Positions 51,685-60,994 of a DNA stretch of 64,000 nt are shown in pieces. The translations under genes were made by a program, and so were the position numbers. Numbering within the stretch: position 1 is the first letter of the stretch; each line of letters begins with the position of its first letter. The DNA is taken from positions 6,975 to 70,974 of the forward strand of contig SVSN01000006.1 of the NCBI GenBank assembly GCA_015064285.1, written 5' to 3'. The DNA is from Oscillospiraceae bacterium. GTDB taxonomy: Bacteria > Bacillota > Clostridia > Oscillospirales > CAG-272. Below the pieces are notes generated by a model. The model was not told the DNA's origin and made no database searches. It saw only the letters and a list, made by a program, of their open reading frames with translations.

Positions 51685-52887
51685 TCAATTCCCGAACATA
51701 TATTTTCCGAAGTCTTCAAATTCCAGAATTTCCGACAAAATGTAGTTGGAGATAAACATTCCCTGGGGTGTCAGAGCGTACCGGCCGTCCCGGTAGGTCA
51801 TATATCCGCCTTTGAGGAAGCGGGTCAGCTTGTCCCCGTACAGAGCATCAAAGGACGCACCGAACCGGCGGATAAACTCTCTGGTGTCCAGCCCCTCGTT
51901 CAGGCGGAACCGGAGCATGATGTATTCGCCCAGCCTTTCTCTTTCTTCCACGGCCTCGTTTTCCACAGTCAGCCGGATGGGAGAACCGGGTACCTCAATG
52001 GCACGGCAGTATTTTTCTCTGTCGGGGGTAAAGGCGAACCGGTTTCCGTTGAAGTAGGAGTGTGCCGACACGCCGAAGCCCAGATATTCCTCGCAGTTCC
52101 AGTATTTCAGGTTGTGCATGCACATTCTGCCGGGGCGGGCAAAGTTGGAAATTTCGTACTGGAAATAGCCCATCTGCCGCAGGTACTCAATAGCCTGCAG
52201 ATACATATCGGCATCCAGATCTTCGTCCGGCAGCAGCGGCTTTATTTCGTCATAGTTCTGATAGAACTTGGTACCCGGCTCGATTTTCAGATCGTACAGG
52301 GAGATGTGCTCCGGCCCCATTCTGACCACGTACCGAAGGGTATGCAGCAGGGACTGCATGGTCTGATGAGGAATGCCGAACATGAGATCCACATTGATAT
52401 TGGCAAATCCGGCATCTCTTGCCATCTTGAAGCTGCGGGCAAAATCCTTCCGGGTATGGGTACGACCCAGGGCTGCCAGCTCATTGTCGTGAGCGCTCTG
52501 CAGCCCGAAGCTGATCCGGTTTACCCCCAGTCTGTTCAGCCGGCGCAGGTTTTCGTATGTTACGGTGGCAGGATTGGCTTCCATGGAAAACTCCACGTTT
52601 TTTGTCAGCCGGAAGTTGTGCTTCACCGCCTTTACCAGCCTTGTCAGTTCCTCAATGGGAATGGAGGTAGGTGTGCCGCCGCCGATGAATACCGTATTCG
52701 GTTCGTACATTTTCGCCCCCACCCGGTACCGCTCCATATGGGCGATCAGCGCATTCACATACCGGGTAATACACGCTCCATCCGGTGCAGGCCCTGAGTT
52801 GAAATCGCAGTACGCACATTTGGACAGGCAGAAAGGGATATGGATATAGATCCCCAGTCGTTTTTTATCTGTCATGATCATTGGCAT
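51685..52887 (-). CDS. hemW: radical SAM family heme chaperone HemW (coproporphyrinogen III oxidase-like)
   Basis: IHIPFCLSKCAYCDF CxxxCxxC motif; lepA-hemW synteny. The start is uncertain among ATG 52887, 52881 and 52875. Confidence 0.85.
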   Translation of the reverse strand: MPMIMTDKKRLGIYIHIPFCLSKCAYCDFNSGPAPDGACITRYVNALIAHMERYRVGAKMYEPNTVFIGGGTPTSIPIEELTRLVKAVKHNFRLTKNVEFSMEANPATVTYENLRRLNRLGVNRISFGLQSAHDNELAALGRTHTRKDFARSFKMARDAGFANINVDLMFGIPHQTMQSLLHTLRYVVRMGPEHISLYDLKIEPGTKFYQNYDEIKPLLPDEDLDADMYLQAIEYLRQMGYFQYEISNFARPGRMCMHNLKYWNCEEYLGFGVSAHSYFNGNRFAFTPDREKYCRAIEVPGSPIRLTVENEAVEERERLGEYIMLRFRLNEGLDTREFIRRFGASFDALYGDKLTRFLKGGYMTYRDGRYALTPQGMFISNYILSEILEFEDFGKYMFGN

Positions 52888-53005
52888 AGGCTTTCTCTTT
52901 TCTTCTTTGGTTTGGAGGTGCACGGAATCCTGCAGGGAGAAACAGATGCAAACTTCCGGAAACCAGTGAAATAAACACTGAATAACCTGGATATCAGCGT
53001 TTCCT

Positions 53006-54826
53006 TTAATTATCGTCGTCCAGTTTCAGCACGGCCATGAACGCCTCAGGCGATACCTGTACGCTGCCCAGCTGACGCATCTTCTTCTTGCCTTCCTTCT
53101 GCTTTTCCAGCAGCTTCTTCTTTCTGGTGATGTCACCGCCGTAACACTTGGCAAGAACGTCCTTACGCAGCGCCTTGACCGTTTCTCTGGCGATGATCTT
53201 GGAGCCGATCGCGGCCTGAATCGGTACTTCAAACAGCTGACGCGGGATATTGTCCTTCAGCTTTTCGGCAATCTTTCTGGCTCTGGCATAGGCTTTTTCC
53301 TGGTGTACAATGAAGGTCAGGGCGTCCACCATTTCACCGTTGAGAAGGAAGTCCAGCTTCACCAGTTCACTGGGCACATAGCCTTCAAACTCATAGTCCA
53401 GGGACGCATAGCCGCGGCTTCTGGATTTCAGCGCGTCAAAGAAGTCGTAGATAATTTCGTTCAGGGGAAGCTTATAGTGCAGTTCCACACGTTCGGTATC
53501 AATGTACTTCATGTCGATAAAGGTACCACGGCGATCCTGACACAGATCCATGATACCGCCCACATATTCGGTAGGCGTGATGACGGAAGCCGCCACGATG
53601 GGTTCCGCCGCAATATCGATTTCGTCCGGTGCGGGATAGTTGGTAGGGTTATCGATGTAGATGGTTTCCCCGTTTTTCTTGGTGATTTCGTAAATTACGC
53701 TGGGAGCGGTGGTGATCAGGTCCAGATTGAACTCTCTCTCCAGCCGTTCCTCAATGATTTCCATGTGCAGAAGGCCCAGAAAACCGCAGCGGAACCCGAA
53801 GCCCAGAGCAATGGAGGTTTCCGGTTCAAAGGAGAAAGCGGCATCGTTGAGCTGCAGCTTTTCCAGCGCATCCTTGGTTTCGTTGTACCGTGCGCCGTCT
53901 GCCGGATAAATACCGGCATATACCATGGACTGTACTTTCTTGAAGCCGGGCAGCGGCTCGTCCGCGGGTACTTCCGCCAGCGTAACGGTATCACCCACAC
54001 GGGTATCGGAAACATTCTTGATGGAGGCAGTCAGGTAACCTACTTCCCCGGCGGTCAGCACACCGGTGGAGCGCAGACCGAAGGGTTCCATGGTGCCCAC
54101 TTCCACAGTGTCAAATTCTGCACCGGTATGCATCAGCTTGATCCGATCCCCGGCTTTCAGAGTACCTTCCATCACACGAACGTAAACCACAACACCCAGA
54201 TAGGAGTTGTACACAGAGTCAAAGATCAGGCAGCGCAGAGGTGCGTCTTCGTCCCCTTCGGGAGCGGGCACATCCCGGATGATGGCTTCCATGACAGATT
54301 CGATATTGACGCCGGTCTTGGCGGAAACGGCGGGACAGCCCTCGGCTGGAATCCCGATCACATCTTCGATTTCCTGCTGTACTCTGGGCACATCGGCGGA
54401 GGGCAGGTCGATTTTGTTGACAACAGGCACAATCTCCAGTCCAGCATCCACAGCCAGATAGGCGTTGGCCAGGGTCTGTGCTTCGATCCCCTGGGTGGCG
54501 TCCACCACCAGCAGTGCTCCTTCGCAGGCGTTTAGGGAACGGGAAACTTCGTAGTTGAAGTCCACGTGACCGGGGGTGTCGATCATGTTCAGGGCGTACT
54601 CTTCCCCGTCGGGTGCAGTATAGTCAATCCGGACAGCACGGGCTTTGATGGTGATGCCGCGTTCTCTTTCCAGATCCATGTTATCCAGCAGCTGTTCTTC
54701 CATATCCCGCTTGGCGACGGTGTTGGAGAATTCCAGAATCCGGTCAGCCAGGGTGGATTTGCCGTGGTCAATGTGGGCGATGATGGAAAAATTCCGTATA
54801 TGCTTCTGTTTTTCGGTCTGAGGCAT
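53006..54826 (-). CDS. lepA: translation elongation factor 4
   Basis: [18 protein letters not shown] (G1), DTPGHVDF (G3), NKID (G4) and the LepA C-terminal domain. Confidence 0.95.
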   Translation of the reverse strand: MPQTEKQKHIRNFSIIAHIDHGKSTLADRILEFSNTVAKRDMEEQLLDNMDLERERGITIKARAVRIDYTAPDGEEYALNMIDTPGHVDFNYEVSRSLNACEGALLVVDATQGIEAQTLANAYLAVDAGLEIVPVVNKIDLPSADVPRVQQEIEDVIGIPAEGCPAVSAKTGVNIESVMEAIIRDVPAPEGDEDAPLRCLIFDSVYNSYLGVVVYVRVMEGTLKAGDRIKLMHTGAEFDTVEVGTMEPFGLRSTGVLTAGEVGYLTASIKNVSDTRVGDTVTLAEVPADEPLPGFKKVQSMVYAGIYPADGARYNETKDALEKLQLNDAAFSFEPETSIALGFGFRCGFLGLLHMEIIEERLEREFNLDLITTAPSVIYEITKKNGETIYIDNPTNYPAPDEIDIAAEPIVAASVITPTEYVGGIMDLCQDRRGTFIDMKYIDTERVELHYKLPLNEIIYDFFDALKSRSRGYASLDYEFEGYVPSELVKLDFLLNGEMVDALTFIVHQEKAYARARKIAEKLKDNIPRQLFEVPIQAAIGSKIIARETVKALRKDVLAKCYGGDITRKKKLLEKQKEGKKKMRQLGSVQVSPEAFMAVLKLDDDN

Positions 54827-54876
54827 GGGTGCTCTCACTTTCTTGTTTTGTGTATATCTTGTTTTGTAAATACTAT

Positions 54877-54921
54877 ATTATACCAGATTATATTATACCA
54901 GATTCCGGGGTGGAAAATCAA
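54877..54921 (-). promoter_or_regulatory. lepA promoter region with tandemly duplicated extended -10 box
   Basis: Minus strand has TTGATT (54921-16), 18 nt, TGGTATAAT (54900-892), and a second TGGTATAAT 15 nt downstream (54885-877). Confidence 0.5.
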
Positions 54922-55048
54922 GAGGGGAGCAAGGAAAATCGGTAATGACTGTCAAGAAGTACGGCTTTGGAGCAGTCCGTTCTCTCCAACAGATTCCAAG
55001 AATATCAAAACACACACAATATGTGCATAAAAATTCAAAATTTATACG

Positions 55049-55077
55049 TTGACAAGCCGTTCTTTCTATTGTATAAT
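55049..55077 (+). promoter_or_regulatory. sigma-A type promoter of the histidine phosphatase gene
   Basis: TTGACA 55049-54, 17 nt, TATAAT 55072-77. Confidence 0.6.
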
Positions 55078-55139
55078 GTAAACAGAAAAGTATTTTCATT
55101 CCCGAACAGGCAGAAAAACAAAAGAAGGAGGGCTTACCA

Positions 55140-55919
55140 GTGGCGCAGAACGGACATCCCAGCAAACGCAGTCATACCCTGCCCATTTATCCGGTGTATC
55201 TTGTATCCCCCAGCCGGAGTGCCCACCTGCTGCTGGAAGGCAGACGGCTGATCTGTCTGGTTCGGCACGGTCAGACCGACTGGAACCAGATCAAGAGACT
55301 TCAGGGCCGTGAGAATGTTCCCCTGAACGAAACCGGTGTCCGTCAGGCCATCCACACAGCCGAACTGTTCCGGCGGAGTGTACTCTGCGGTGTCCGGTTC
55401 GGGAAAGTCTGCACATCCCCGCTTTCCCGTGCGGTAGATACAGCGGGTTATATTCAGGCGGCGCTGGACAATCCTTCTGTTCCCTGTGATTTTAATACAC
55501 CTCCCAGGTCAGCGGACGAGCTCTCCGTTCTGCCCCGGCTGATCGAACGGGACTATGGTTCCCTCTCCGGTCTGACGCTGGAAGAACGGCGCCACCAGTT
55601 TCCCGGCGGCGAAAAACAGGCCGGCAATGTGGAAAGCGTTCCCGCGGCGGCTGCCCGTATGTGCGCTGCCTTTGACGATATGCTGGAAGCGGTTCCGGAA
55701 CATGCCGTTATCGGTGTCACCCACGGCGGCATTCTGAATGCGGTATTCTCCCGGCTGACCTCCGGTGAGATCGGCACGGGCAAATCCCTGACAGTAAACT
55801 GCAGTATGTCCCTGATTGCCGCCGGTATCGGTTCTCCCATTCCGCTGGCATACAACCTGCAGGAACAGGGTATTTTAGATTACCTGCGGAAAATGGTAGC
55901 CGCAGGTGCGGACTTCTGA
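55140..55919 (+). CDS. histidine phosphatase family protein (phosphoglycerate mutase-like)
   Basis: GTG 55140 lies 8 nt after AAGGAGGG and is the only in-frame start. The RHG motif LVRHGQTDWN follows a 37-aa N-terminal extension. Confidence 0.8.
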   Translation: MAQNGHPSKRSHTLPIYPVYLVSPSRSAHLLLEGRRLICLVRHGQTDWNQIKRLQGRENVPLNETGVRQAIHTAELFRRSVLCGVRFGKVCTSPLSRAVDTAGYIQAALDNPSVPCDFNTPPRSADELSVLPRLIERDYGSLSGLTLEERRHQFPGGEKQAGNVESVPAAAARMCAAFDDMLEAVPEHAVIGVTHGGILNAVFSRLTSGEIGTGKSLTVNCSMSLIAAGIGSPIPLAYNLQEQGILDYLRKMVAAGADF

Positions 55920-55923
55920 CCAT

Positions 55924-55954
55924 ATAAGAAGTAAGAGATAAGAAATAAGAAGTA
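55924..55954 (+). repeat. heptad TAAGARR array, left arm of site D
   Basis: ATAAGAAGTAAGAGATAAGAAATAAGAAGTA has TAA at 55925, 55932, 55939 and 55946 (period 7, all frames). It starts 5 nt after the TGA of the phosphatase gene. Confidence 0.7.
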
Positions 55955-55977
55955 TACAGTGCATACTGAACTGAAAA

Positions 55978-56024
55978 CGGCTTACAGCGGGAAGATACGC
56001 CCGGGTTCTGTAAGCCGTTTTTTT
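55978..56024 (+). terminator. intrinsic terminator between convergent genes
   Basis: CGGCTTACAG-20 nt-CTGTAAGCCG (10 bp) followed by T7. Confidence 0.75.
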
Positions 56025-56042
56025 GTATTGCAGGCAGTGCGG

Positions 56043-56076
56043 TACTTCTTACCTCTTACCTCTTACCTCTTACCTC
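56043..56076 (-). repeat. heptad TAAGAGG array, right arm of site D
   Basis: Minus strand reads GAGGTAAGAGGTAAGAGGTAAGAGGTAAGAAGTA, with TAA at 56072, 56065, 56058 (the gene stop) and 56051. The repeat encodes the last codons (VRGKR) of the adjacent gene. Confidence 0.7.
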
Positions 56077-56820
56077 GTCCAGGCATCGTGCGGCAAACCG
56101 GTGCAGGGTTTCCGGGGCTGCCAGTACCGGAGTCCCTTTTGTGTATGCGTCCGCTGCCTGCCGGATGACATCGTGCCATGCCGGTTCCAGATGGGCAAGG
56201 CCCCATGTGCCGCCGTCTGCTTTGGAAAGCACCGCACCTTCCCGGCAGAACGCCAGCACCCGACACAGGTTCAGGATGCAGTACACCGGGGTATCCGTAA
56301 TTTCCTCTTCCATGTTTTGTACATCGTACAGCAGGGAGGCAAGATAGTCTTTTTCCGGTACCGGCCCAAACAGTTCTGCGGCAGGAGGGCCGTACAGAGT
56401 ATGTCCGACAGCACGGGTCACGGTGAAATGCGCCGCCAGATCCGGATCGGTACCGTGCATACCGGCGCAGAATTCCAAAGGCTCCCGTCTGCACCGTTCC
56501 AGATGGGCGTTTGAGAAGTGGAACAGATACGGCGTGGGATATACAAATGCCCGGCAGAACCGCTCTTCTACCACACTCATTTCCAGCCCTTTGGGCGGAC
56601 AATCCTGCTGTACGGACAGAATCCACAACAGAAGTTTTTCCTTTTCCGCCATGGTCAGTTCTTCCCGCACCACCGCAAGAAAATCCACGTCGCTGCCCTC
56701 CCACCGGAAGCATCCGAAGGCCGCCGAGCCGTGGACATACAGCCCGGTCAGCTTTTCACCGAGGATTTCTCTGTACGCTCCGGCAATCCGGTCAAGCAGA
56801 TCCTGCAGCCGTTTATCCAT
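56056..56820 (-). CDS. aminoglycoside nucleotidyltransferase-like protein (AadA / ANT family: NTP-transferase domain plus DUF4111)
   Basis: Trimmed to ATG 56820. It has LYVHGSAAFGCFRWEGSDVDFLAV and a C-terminal LNLCRVLAF...SKADGGTWG pattern as in AadA-type enzymes. It overlaps the upstream gene by 8 nt. Confidence 0.7.
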   Translation of the reverse strand: MDKRLQDLLDRIAGAYREILGEKLTGLYVHGSAAFGCFRWEGSDVDFLAVVREELTMAEKEKLLLWILSVQQDCPPKGLEMSVVEERFCRAFVYPTPYLFHFSNAHLERCRREPLEFCAGMHGTDPDLAAHFTVTRAVGHTLYGPPAAELFGPVPEKDYLASLLYDVQNMEEEITDTPVYCILNLCRVLAFCREGAVLSKADGGTWGLAHLEPAWHDVIRQAADAYTKGTPVLAAPETLHRFAARCLDEVRGKR

Positions 56821-57526
56821 GGTATCCCTCCAGCAGAGCCGCAATCGCCTGTACATCTTCCCTGCCGCTGTGTCCAAGCATCAGATCCGGTGTTTTTCCG
56901 TCCAGTTTGTCCCGCAGTACGGCAAGCAGAATATTCATACACTTCTCCTCAAATTCCGGTGCAGTCTCCGGCAGAAGCACCTCTCTGCATTCCCACACAT
57001 GGGGCAGCGTACGGGCAAGACTGCGGGCCTTTTCCGTCTCTCCCAGCGCCAGCCGAACCCGGCACAGATTGGCGCGGACCGTGGAGCGGATCGCCTCGTT
57101 TTCACAGGTAAGGAGCAGTTTTTCCGAAATCTCCGCCGCTTCCGTCAGGGAATCTCTGTCTCCCAGTCTTGTCAGGGCAAGAGCGAGCTCCGAAAGAATT
57201 CCCGCATTCCCCGGCCAGATCCGCAGACCCCGGCGCAGGGTTTCCACCGCTTTTTTCGTTTCTCCCGCCTGCACCAGATCATGGGTTTCACAGAACACAT
57301 TCCGCAGACTGTCTTCGTCCCGGAGTCTGTCCATGCCCACCAGTTCATCCAGCGTCACGCCGTAGAAATTGGCAAGGGACGGCAAAAATTCCGCATCCGG
57401 GCAGGCGGAACCGGTTTCCCAGCGGGACACAGCCTGCGGCGACACCCCCAGCACCACCGCCACCTCTTCCTGTGTCAATCCTTTTTCCCCGCGGAATTTC
57501 CGCAGATTTTCATGCAGATACAGCAT
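56813..57526 (-). CDS. XRE-family HTH transcriptional regulator with helical-repeat (TPR-like) C-terminal domain
   Basis: Trimmed to ATG 57526. HTH: LTQEEVAVVLGVSPQAVSRWETG. Confidence 0.8.
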   Translation of the reverse strand: MLYLHENLRKFRGEKGLTQEEVAVVLGVSPQAVSRWETGSACPDAEFLPSLANFYGVTLDELVGMDRLRDEDSLRNVFCETHDLVQAGETKKAVETLRRGLRIWPGNAGILSELALALTRLGDRDSLTEAAEISEKLLLTCENEAIRSTVRANLCRVRLALGETEKARSLARTLPHVWECREVLLPETAPEFEEKCMNILLAVLRDKLDGKTPDLMLGHSGREDVQAIAALLEGYHG

Positions 57527-57559
57527 CCGGTCAACCTCCGTAGTTTTCTCTCTGACATC

Positions 57560-57588
57560 ATTATACCACACCCTCCCCCGTCTGTCCA
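57560..57588 (-). promoter_or_regulatory. promoter of the XRE/ANT operon
   Basis: Minus strand has TGGACA, 17 nt, TGGTATAAT (extended -10). Confidence 0.5.
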
Positions 57589-57653
57589 TGTATTCTTCCG
57601 GGAAGGTTATCCAACCGGGGCGTGAGAAAATGTCTAATCTTCTATACGCATCA

Positions 57654-57682
57654 TTTACATCCGGGAATTTTTATGCTATACT
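57654..57682 (+). promoter_or_regulatory. promoter of the 648-aa gene
   Basis: TTTACA 57654-59, 17 nt, TATACT 57677-82. Confidence 0.5.
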
Positions 57683-57719
57683 GAAAGCACAGAACAAAAG
57701 CGGCTTGAAGGAGGCTTGT

Positions 57720-59666
57720 ATGTTATCCATTCCCATTATCAACAGTATGTCTGACGAAAAGACAAGAGGCGACTATCTGGATCTGTTTTACCGGGCAGGG
57801 GCCGACCGGGTCTTTCTGTTTGTGGACAACCCCTTCGGCGACAGAAAAAAGCTGGATGCGGCCATGACGCAGCTGAAGGAAAACATGGCGTTCTATACCC
57901 ATCCTACCCGGCAGAACTGCGGGGGACTTACCGGACTCGAGGTGGGTGTGTGGATCGGCGGACTCGGCCACGGCGGCCCCCTGGCACACGACAAGGCGGC
58001 AAAGTCCGGCAGCTACACGAAAATCCGCGGCCTTTCAAACGGCGGGGAATCCGGCGACTCCTTCTGTCCGCTGGATCCGGACTACCGGGCCATGTATATT
58101 GACTTTGTGACGGAAATTGCCAAAACCGGCGCCCCGATGATTATGATCGATGACGACCTGCGGCTGGCGTTCCACGGGCCTGCGGTACTGGGCTGCGCCT
58201 GCGACAGGCACATGGCACTGTTCAACGAGCGGGCAAAGGCGGTGGGACTGGCGGATCACGATTGCACCAGAGAAGAGCTGGCGTCCTTCCTGTTCACCGG
58301 TCCCGCAACACCCCTGCGTAAGGTATGGCTGGATCTGATGGGAGACACGCTCCGGGACTTTGCCCGGGATCTGCGGGCCGCTGTGGACTCCGTAAATCCT
58401 GCCATCCGGCTGGGTCACTGTGCCTGCCTGTCCACCTGGGACATGGACGGAGTGGATTCTGTTGAGCTGGCACGGATTTTCGCCGGGAACACCCGTCCCT
58501 TCCTGCGGCTCATCGGCGCGGCTTACTGGAATGCAAACCACAACTTCCGCACCACCGGCATGGGATCTCTTACGGATCTGATCCGGATGCAGACCGCATG
58601 GTGCAGAGAACTGGCACCGGAGATGGAGCTGATGTCCGAAGGGGACGTTTACCCCAGACCCCGTTTCAACGTACCTGCCTCTTTTCTGGAATCCTATCAT
58701 CAGGCGCTGACCGCCGCAGGAATGCCGGATATCCTGAAATACATGATCGACTACAGCCACGAGCCTTACTATGAAACCGGCTATATCCGCCTGCATGAAC
58801 GGGGACAGATTCTCCGAGACCAGATCGAAGAAGCTTTTTCCGGCACCGAAGACGCCGGGATCTATGTCTACGAAGCCATGCACAAGCTGGCGGACATGGA
58901 CTGTACGGGCATCAGCGAGCATGAGATTTTCACCCGGTTCGTCCCGGCATCCGTGAACTATGTGTCCCGTCTGGGTCTGCCTGCCGCCTTTACCCGGACA
59001 AAATACACGCCCACCACCCTGGTGTTCGGCGAAAATGCAAAAACCATTCCGGCAGAAGCACTGGAAAGCAACCTGATTCTGGATGCGGTATCGGCACAGA
59101 TTCTGACAGACCGCGGCGTGGATGTGGGACTTGTGTCCGCAGAACCCATGGAAAAACCGGCTTCCGAGACACTGGGCGTACAGAAGTACACCTATCCGGT
59201 AGACACAGCCGGCCGGTTCTGGCGCATGAACACCGCAGAGGGTGCTTATGCCCTCAGCAGCTACGACAACGGCGCGCCGGCTTTGTATGCCTACAGGCGG
59301 CCAAGCGGGAAACTGGTACTGGTCTACGCCTTTGATATGGAATCGGTAAACTTCGGTTCCGTTTACATGAAAAACTACAGCCGCCGGTGGCAGATTCTGC
59401 AGCACGGGGAGCTGGAAATCCCGGTTGTGACGGACGAGGATCCCGGCCTGTACGTAATCTGCCGGAAGAATGAGGATAAAATGGCTGTGGGAATGTGGAA
59501 CTTCGGCATGGACATTGTGCTGCCCCAGGAAAAGATCCGTTTTGATGAAAACTACCGCACCATCCTGCCCATCGGCAAGGGGGATGTGATGGGCATGGGT
59601 ACTGCCGCGGCCTATCTGGACGAAATTCCCCCGTACTGCTTCGGCGGATTTGTGGTAAAGAAATAA
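57720..59666 (+). CDS. hypothetical protein (648 aa), no recognised domain
   Basis: Trimmed to ATG 57720, 5 nt after AAGGAGG. The upstream 117 codons of the ORF overlap the XRE gene and promoter region. Confidence 0.75.
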   Translation: MLSIPIINSMSDEKTRGDYLDLFYRAGADRVFLFVDNPFGDRKKLDAAMTQLKENMAFYTHPTRQNCGGLTGLEVGVWIGGLGHGGPLAHDKAAKSGSYTKIRGLSNGGESGDSFCPLDPDYRAMYIDFVTEIAKTGAPMIMIDDDLRLAFHGPAVLGCACDRHMALFNERAKAVGLADHDCTREELASFLFTGPATPLRKVWLDLMGDTLRDFARDLRAAVDSVNPAIRLGHCACLSTWDMDGVDSVELARIFAGNTRPFLRLIGAAYWNANHNFRTTGMGSLTDLIRMQTAWCRELAPEMELMSEGDVYPRPRFNVPASFLESYHQALTAAGMPDILKYMIDYSHEPYYETGYIRLHERGQILRDQIEEAFSGTEDAGIYVYEAMHKLADMDCTGISEHEIFTRFVPASVNYVSRLGLPAAFTRTKYTPTTLVFGENAKTIPAEALESNLILDAVSAQILTDRGVDVGLVSAEPMEKPASETLGVQKYTYPVDTAGRFWRMNTAEGAYALSSYDNGAPALYAYRRPSGKLVLVYAFDMESVNFGSVYMKNYSRRWQILQHGELEIPVVTDEDPGLYVICRKNEDKMAVGMWNFGMDIVLPQEKIRFDENYRTILPIGKGDVMGMGTAAAYLDEIPPYCFGGFVVKK

Positions 59667-59680
59667 GCACAACACAAAAA

Positions 59681-59710
59681 GGGTGAGACAAGCGTCCCGC
59701 CCTTTCTTTA
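59681..59710. terminator. bidirectional terminator between convergent genes
   Basis: GGGTGAGAC-aagc-GTCCCGCCC (one mismatch) with an upstream A-run and downstream TTTCTTT. Confidence 0.55.
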
Positions 59711-59712
59711 TG

Positions 59713-60843
59713 TTATTCTGCTTCCATCATGTCCTTTGCACGGCGCACCAGTGTCTGAAACCGCTTGTCATCCCGTACCGGGTTGAACTGCTTCCAATCG
59801 TTCAGGCAGGTGAACAGGAAATCCTGTCTGGCGGTGAACGCGTGGCAGTAGGTGGAGTATTCTTCCACACCGGTTGACGAACCGTCCGGCAGCAGCAGTG
59901 TCCATTCGTTCTTCAATGCCTTTATCCCCCGGAAGAACCAGTTATGTCCCAGCGCCAGTGCAGTACCGTCCGGAATGGCGTGCCATGTATCAAACAGGTC
60001 AAAAGTCTGTTCCAGTGTCCTCCAGCCTTCCTCGTAATCCCCGCATTCAAAATGGGATGCCGCCAGATAGAACTGATGTACAGCGTAAAAACCGAGCCAC
60101 CCCTCCGGCACCTCCCCGTTCTCCCCGAAGGACTCAAAGATCCCGACACGGTAAGCATTCCATGCCCGGCTGTTTTCCGGTTCGCCCCAGCAGCAGGACG
60201 GCTTGGTCAGAAAATGAATCATTGTGTGAATCTTATTGACCGCATTGCGGACCCGGAATTCTTCCCATTTTTTCTGAGAGGACAGCCGCTTTTCCAGCAC
60301 CTCCCCCTCATAGGCATCGTACATCCGGGCACACATTCCGTGCCACTTTTCAAACTGCTCATCCGGGCAGGTACGGCACAGGATCTCCAGTGCAGCATCC
60401 CGGTAGGTCTGCGTGGTGGAGATATTCATAATCTTTTCGCACATTTCCCACAGCCGGGGCAGGTGCTCTTCCCGTTTGGCTTCCGGCAGCCACATGAGAA
60501 TCCAGCAGACCTCATGGAGTACCACATCGCTTTCCGGGTATTTTCCGGCATATTCCAGTCCCAGCGCCAGACGCTCATCTTCGTCCATATCACTGCGCAC
60601 CCGGTCAGTGAAGCTGCGTATATCCGTCTCCACCGATTCCGCATCGCTGCCAAGCAGCATATCGATCGTCACACCGCATACCCGGGCAATCTTCGGCAGC
60701 AGGGTGATATCCGGATACCCGTCGCCTCTCTCCCATTTGGAAACGGACTGGGGCGAGATCCCCACAGCCTTTGCCAGCATATCCTGGGTCATCTCTTTTT
60801 CCAGCCGGTACTGGCGGAGTCGTTTTGCAAACAGCAATTCCAT
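59713..60843 (-). CDS. XRE-family HTH transcriptional regulator with large helical C-terminal domain (paralogue of 56813-57526 in the HTH)
   Basis: Trimmed to ATG 60843. HTH: MTQDMLAKAVGISPQSVSKWERG. Confidence 0.8.
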   Translation of the reverse strand: MELLFAKRLRQYRLEKEMTQDMLAKAVGISPQSVSKWERGDGYPDITLLPKIARVCGVTIDMLLGSDAESVETDIRSFTDRVRSDMDEDERLALGLEYAGKYPESDVVLHEVCWILMWLPEAKREEHLPRLWEMCEKIMNISTTQTYRDAALEILCRTCPDEQFEKWHGMCARMYDAYEGEVLEKRLSSQKKWEEFRVRNAVNKIHTMIHFLTKPSCCWGEPENSRAWNAYRVGIFESFGENGEVPEGWLGFYAVHQFYLAASHFECGDYEEGWRTLEQTFDLFDTWHAIPDGTALALGHNWFFRGIKALKNEWTLLLPDGSSTGVEEYSTYCHAFTARQDFLFTCLNDWKQFNPVRDDKRFQTLVRRAKDMMEAE

Positions 60844-60889
60844 ATGTTCTCTCCCGAAAATAAAGTACAGGGGCCCTCTGTCCGGTACT

Positions 60890-60918
60890 ATGATACCAGA
60901 GAAAGGTGCCCCCGTCAA
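60890..60918 (-). promoter_or_regulatory. promoter of the second XRE gene
   Basis: Minus strand has TTGACG, 17 nt, TGGTATCAT. Confidence 0.5.
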
Positions 60919-60994
60919 GAACCGGGCAGGAGATGAATCTCTACCGTCAGTAGGATTTTTGTCGTTTTGGTTGGGTTGACAAGGAATACCGGAC

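Noticed and set aside
55924-56076. The heptad repeats as a CRISPR array or a simple microsatellite.
   Set aside because: The units are 7 nt with no spacers, the arrays are only 3-5 units long, and they occur as inverted arms around terminators. That is incompatible with CRISPR, and they are more structured than slippage repeats.
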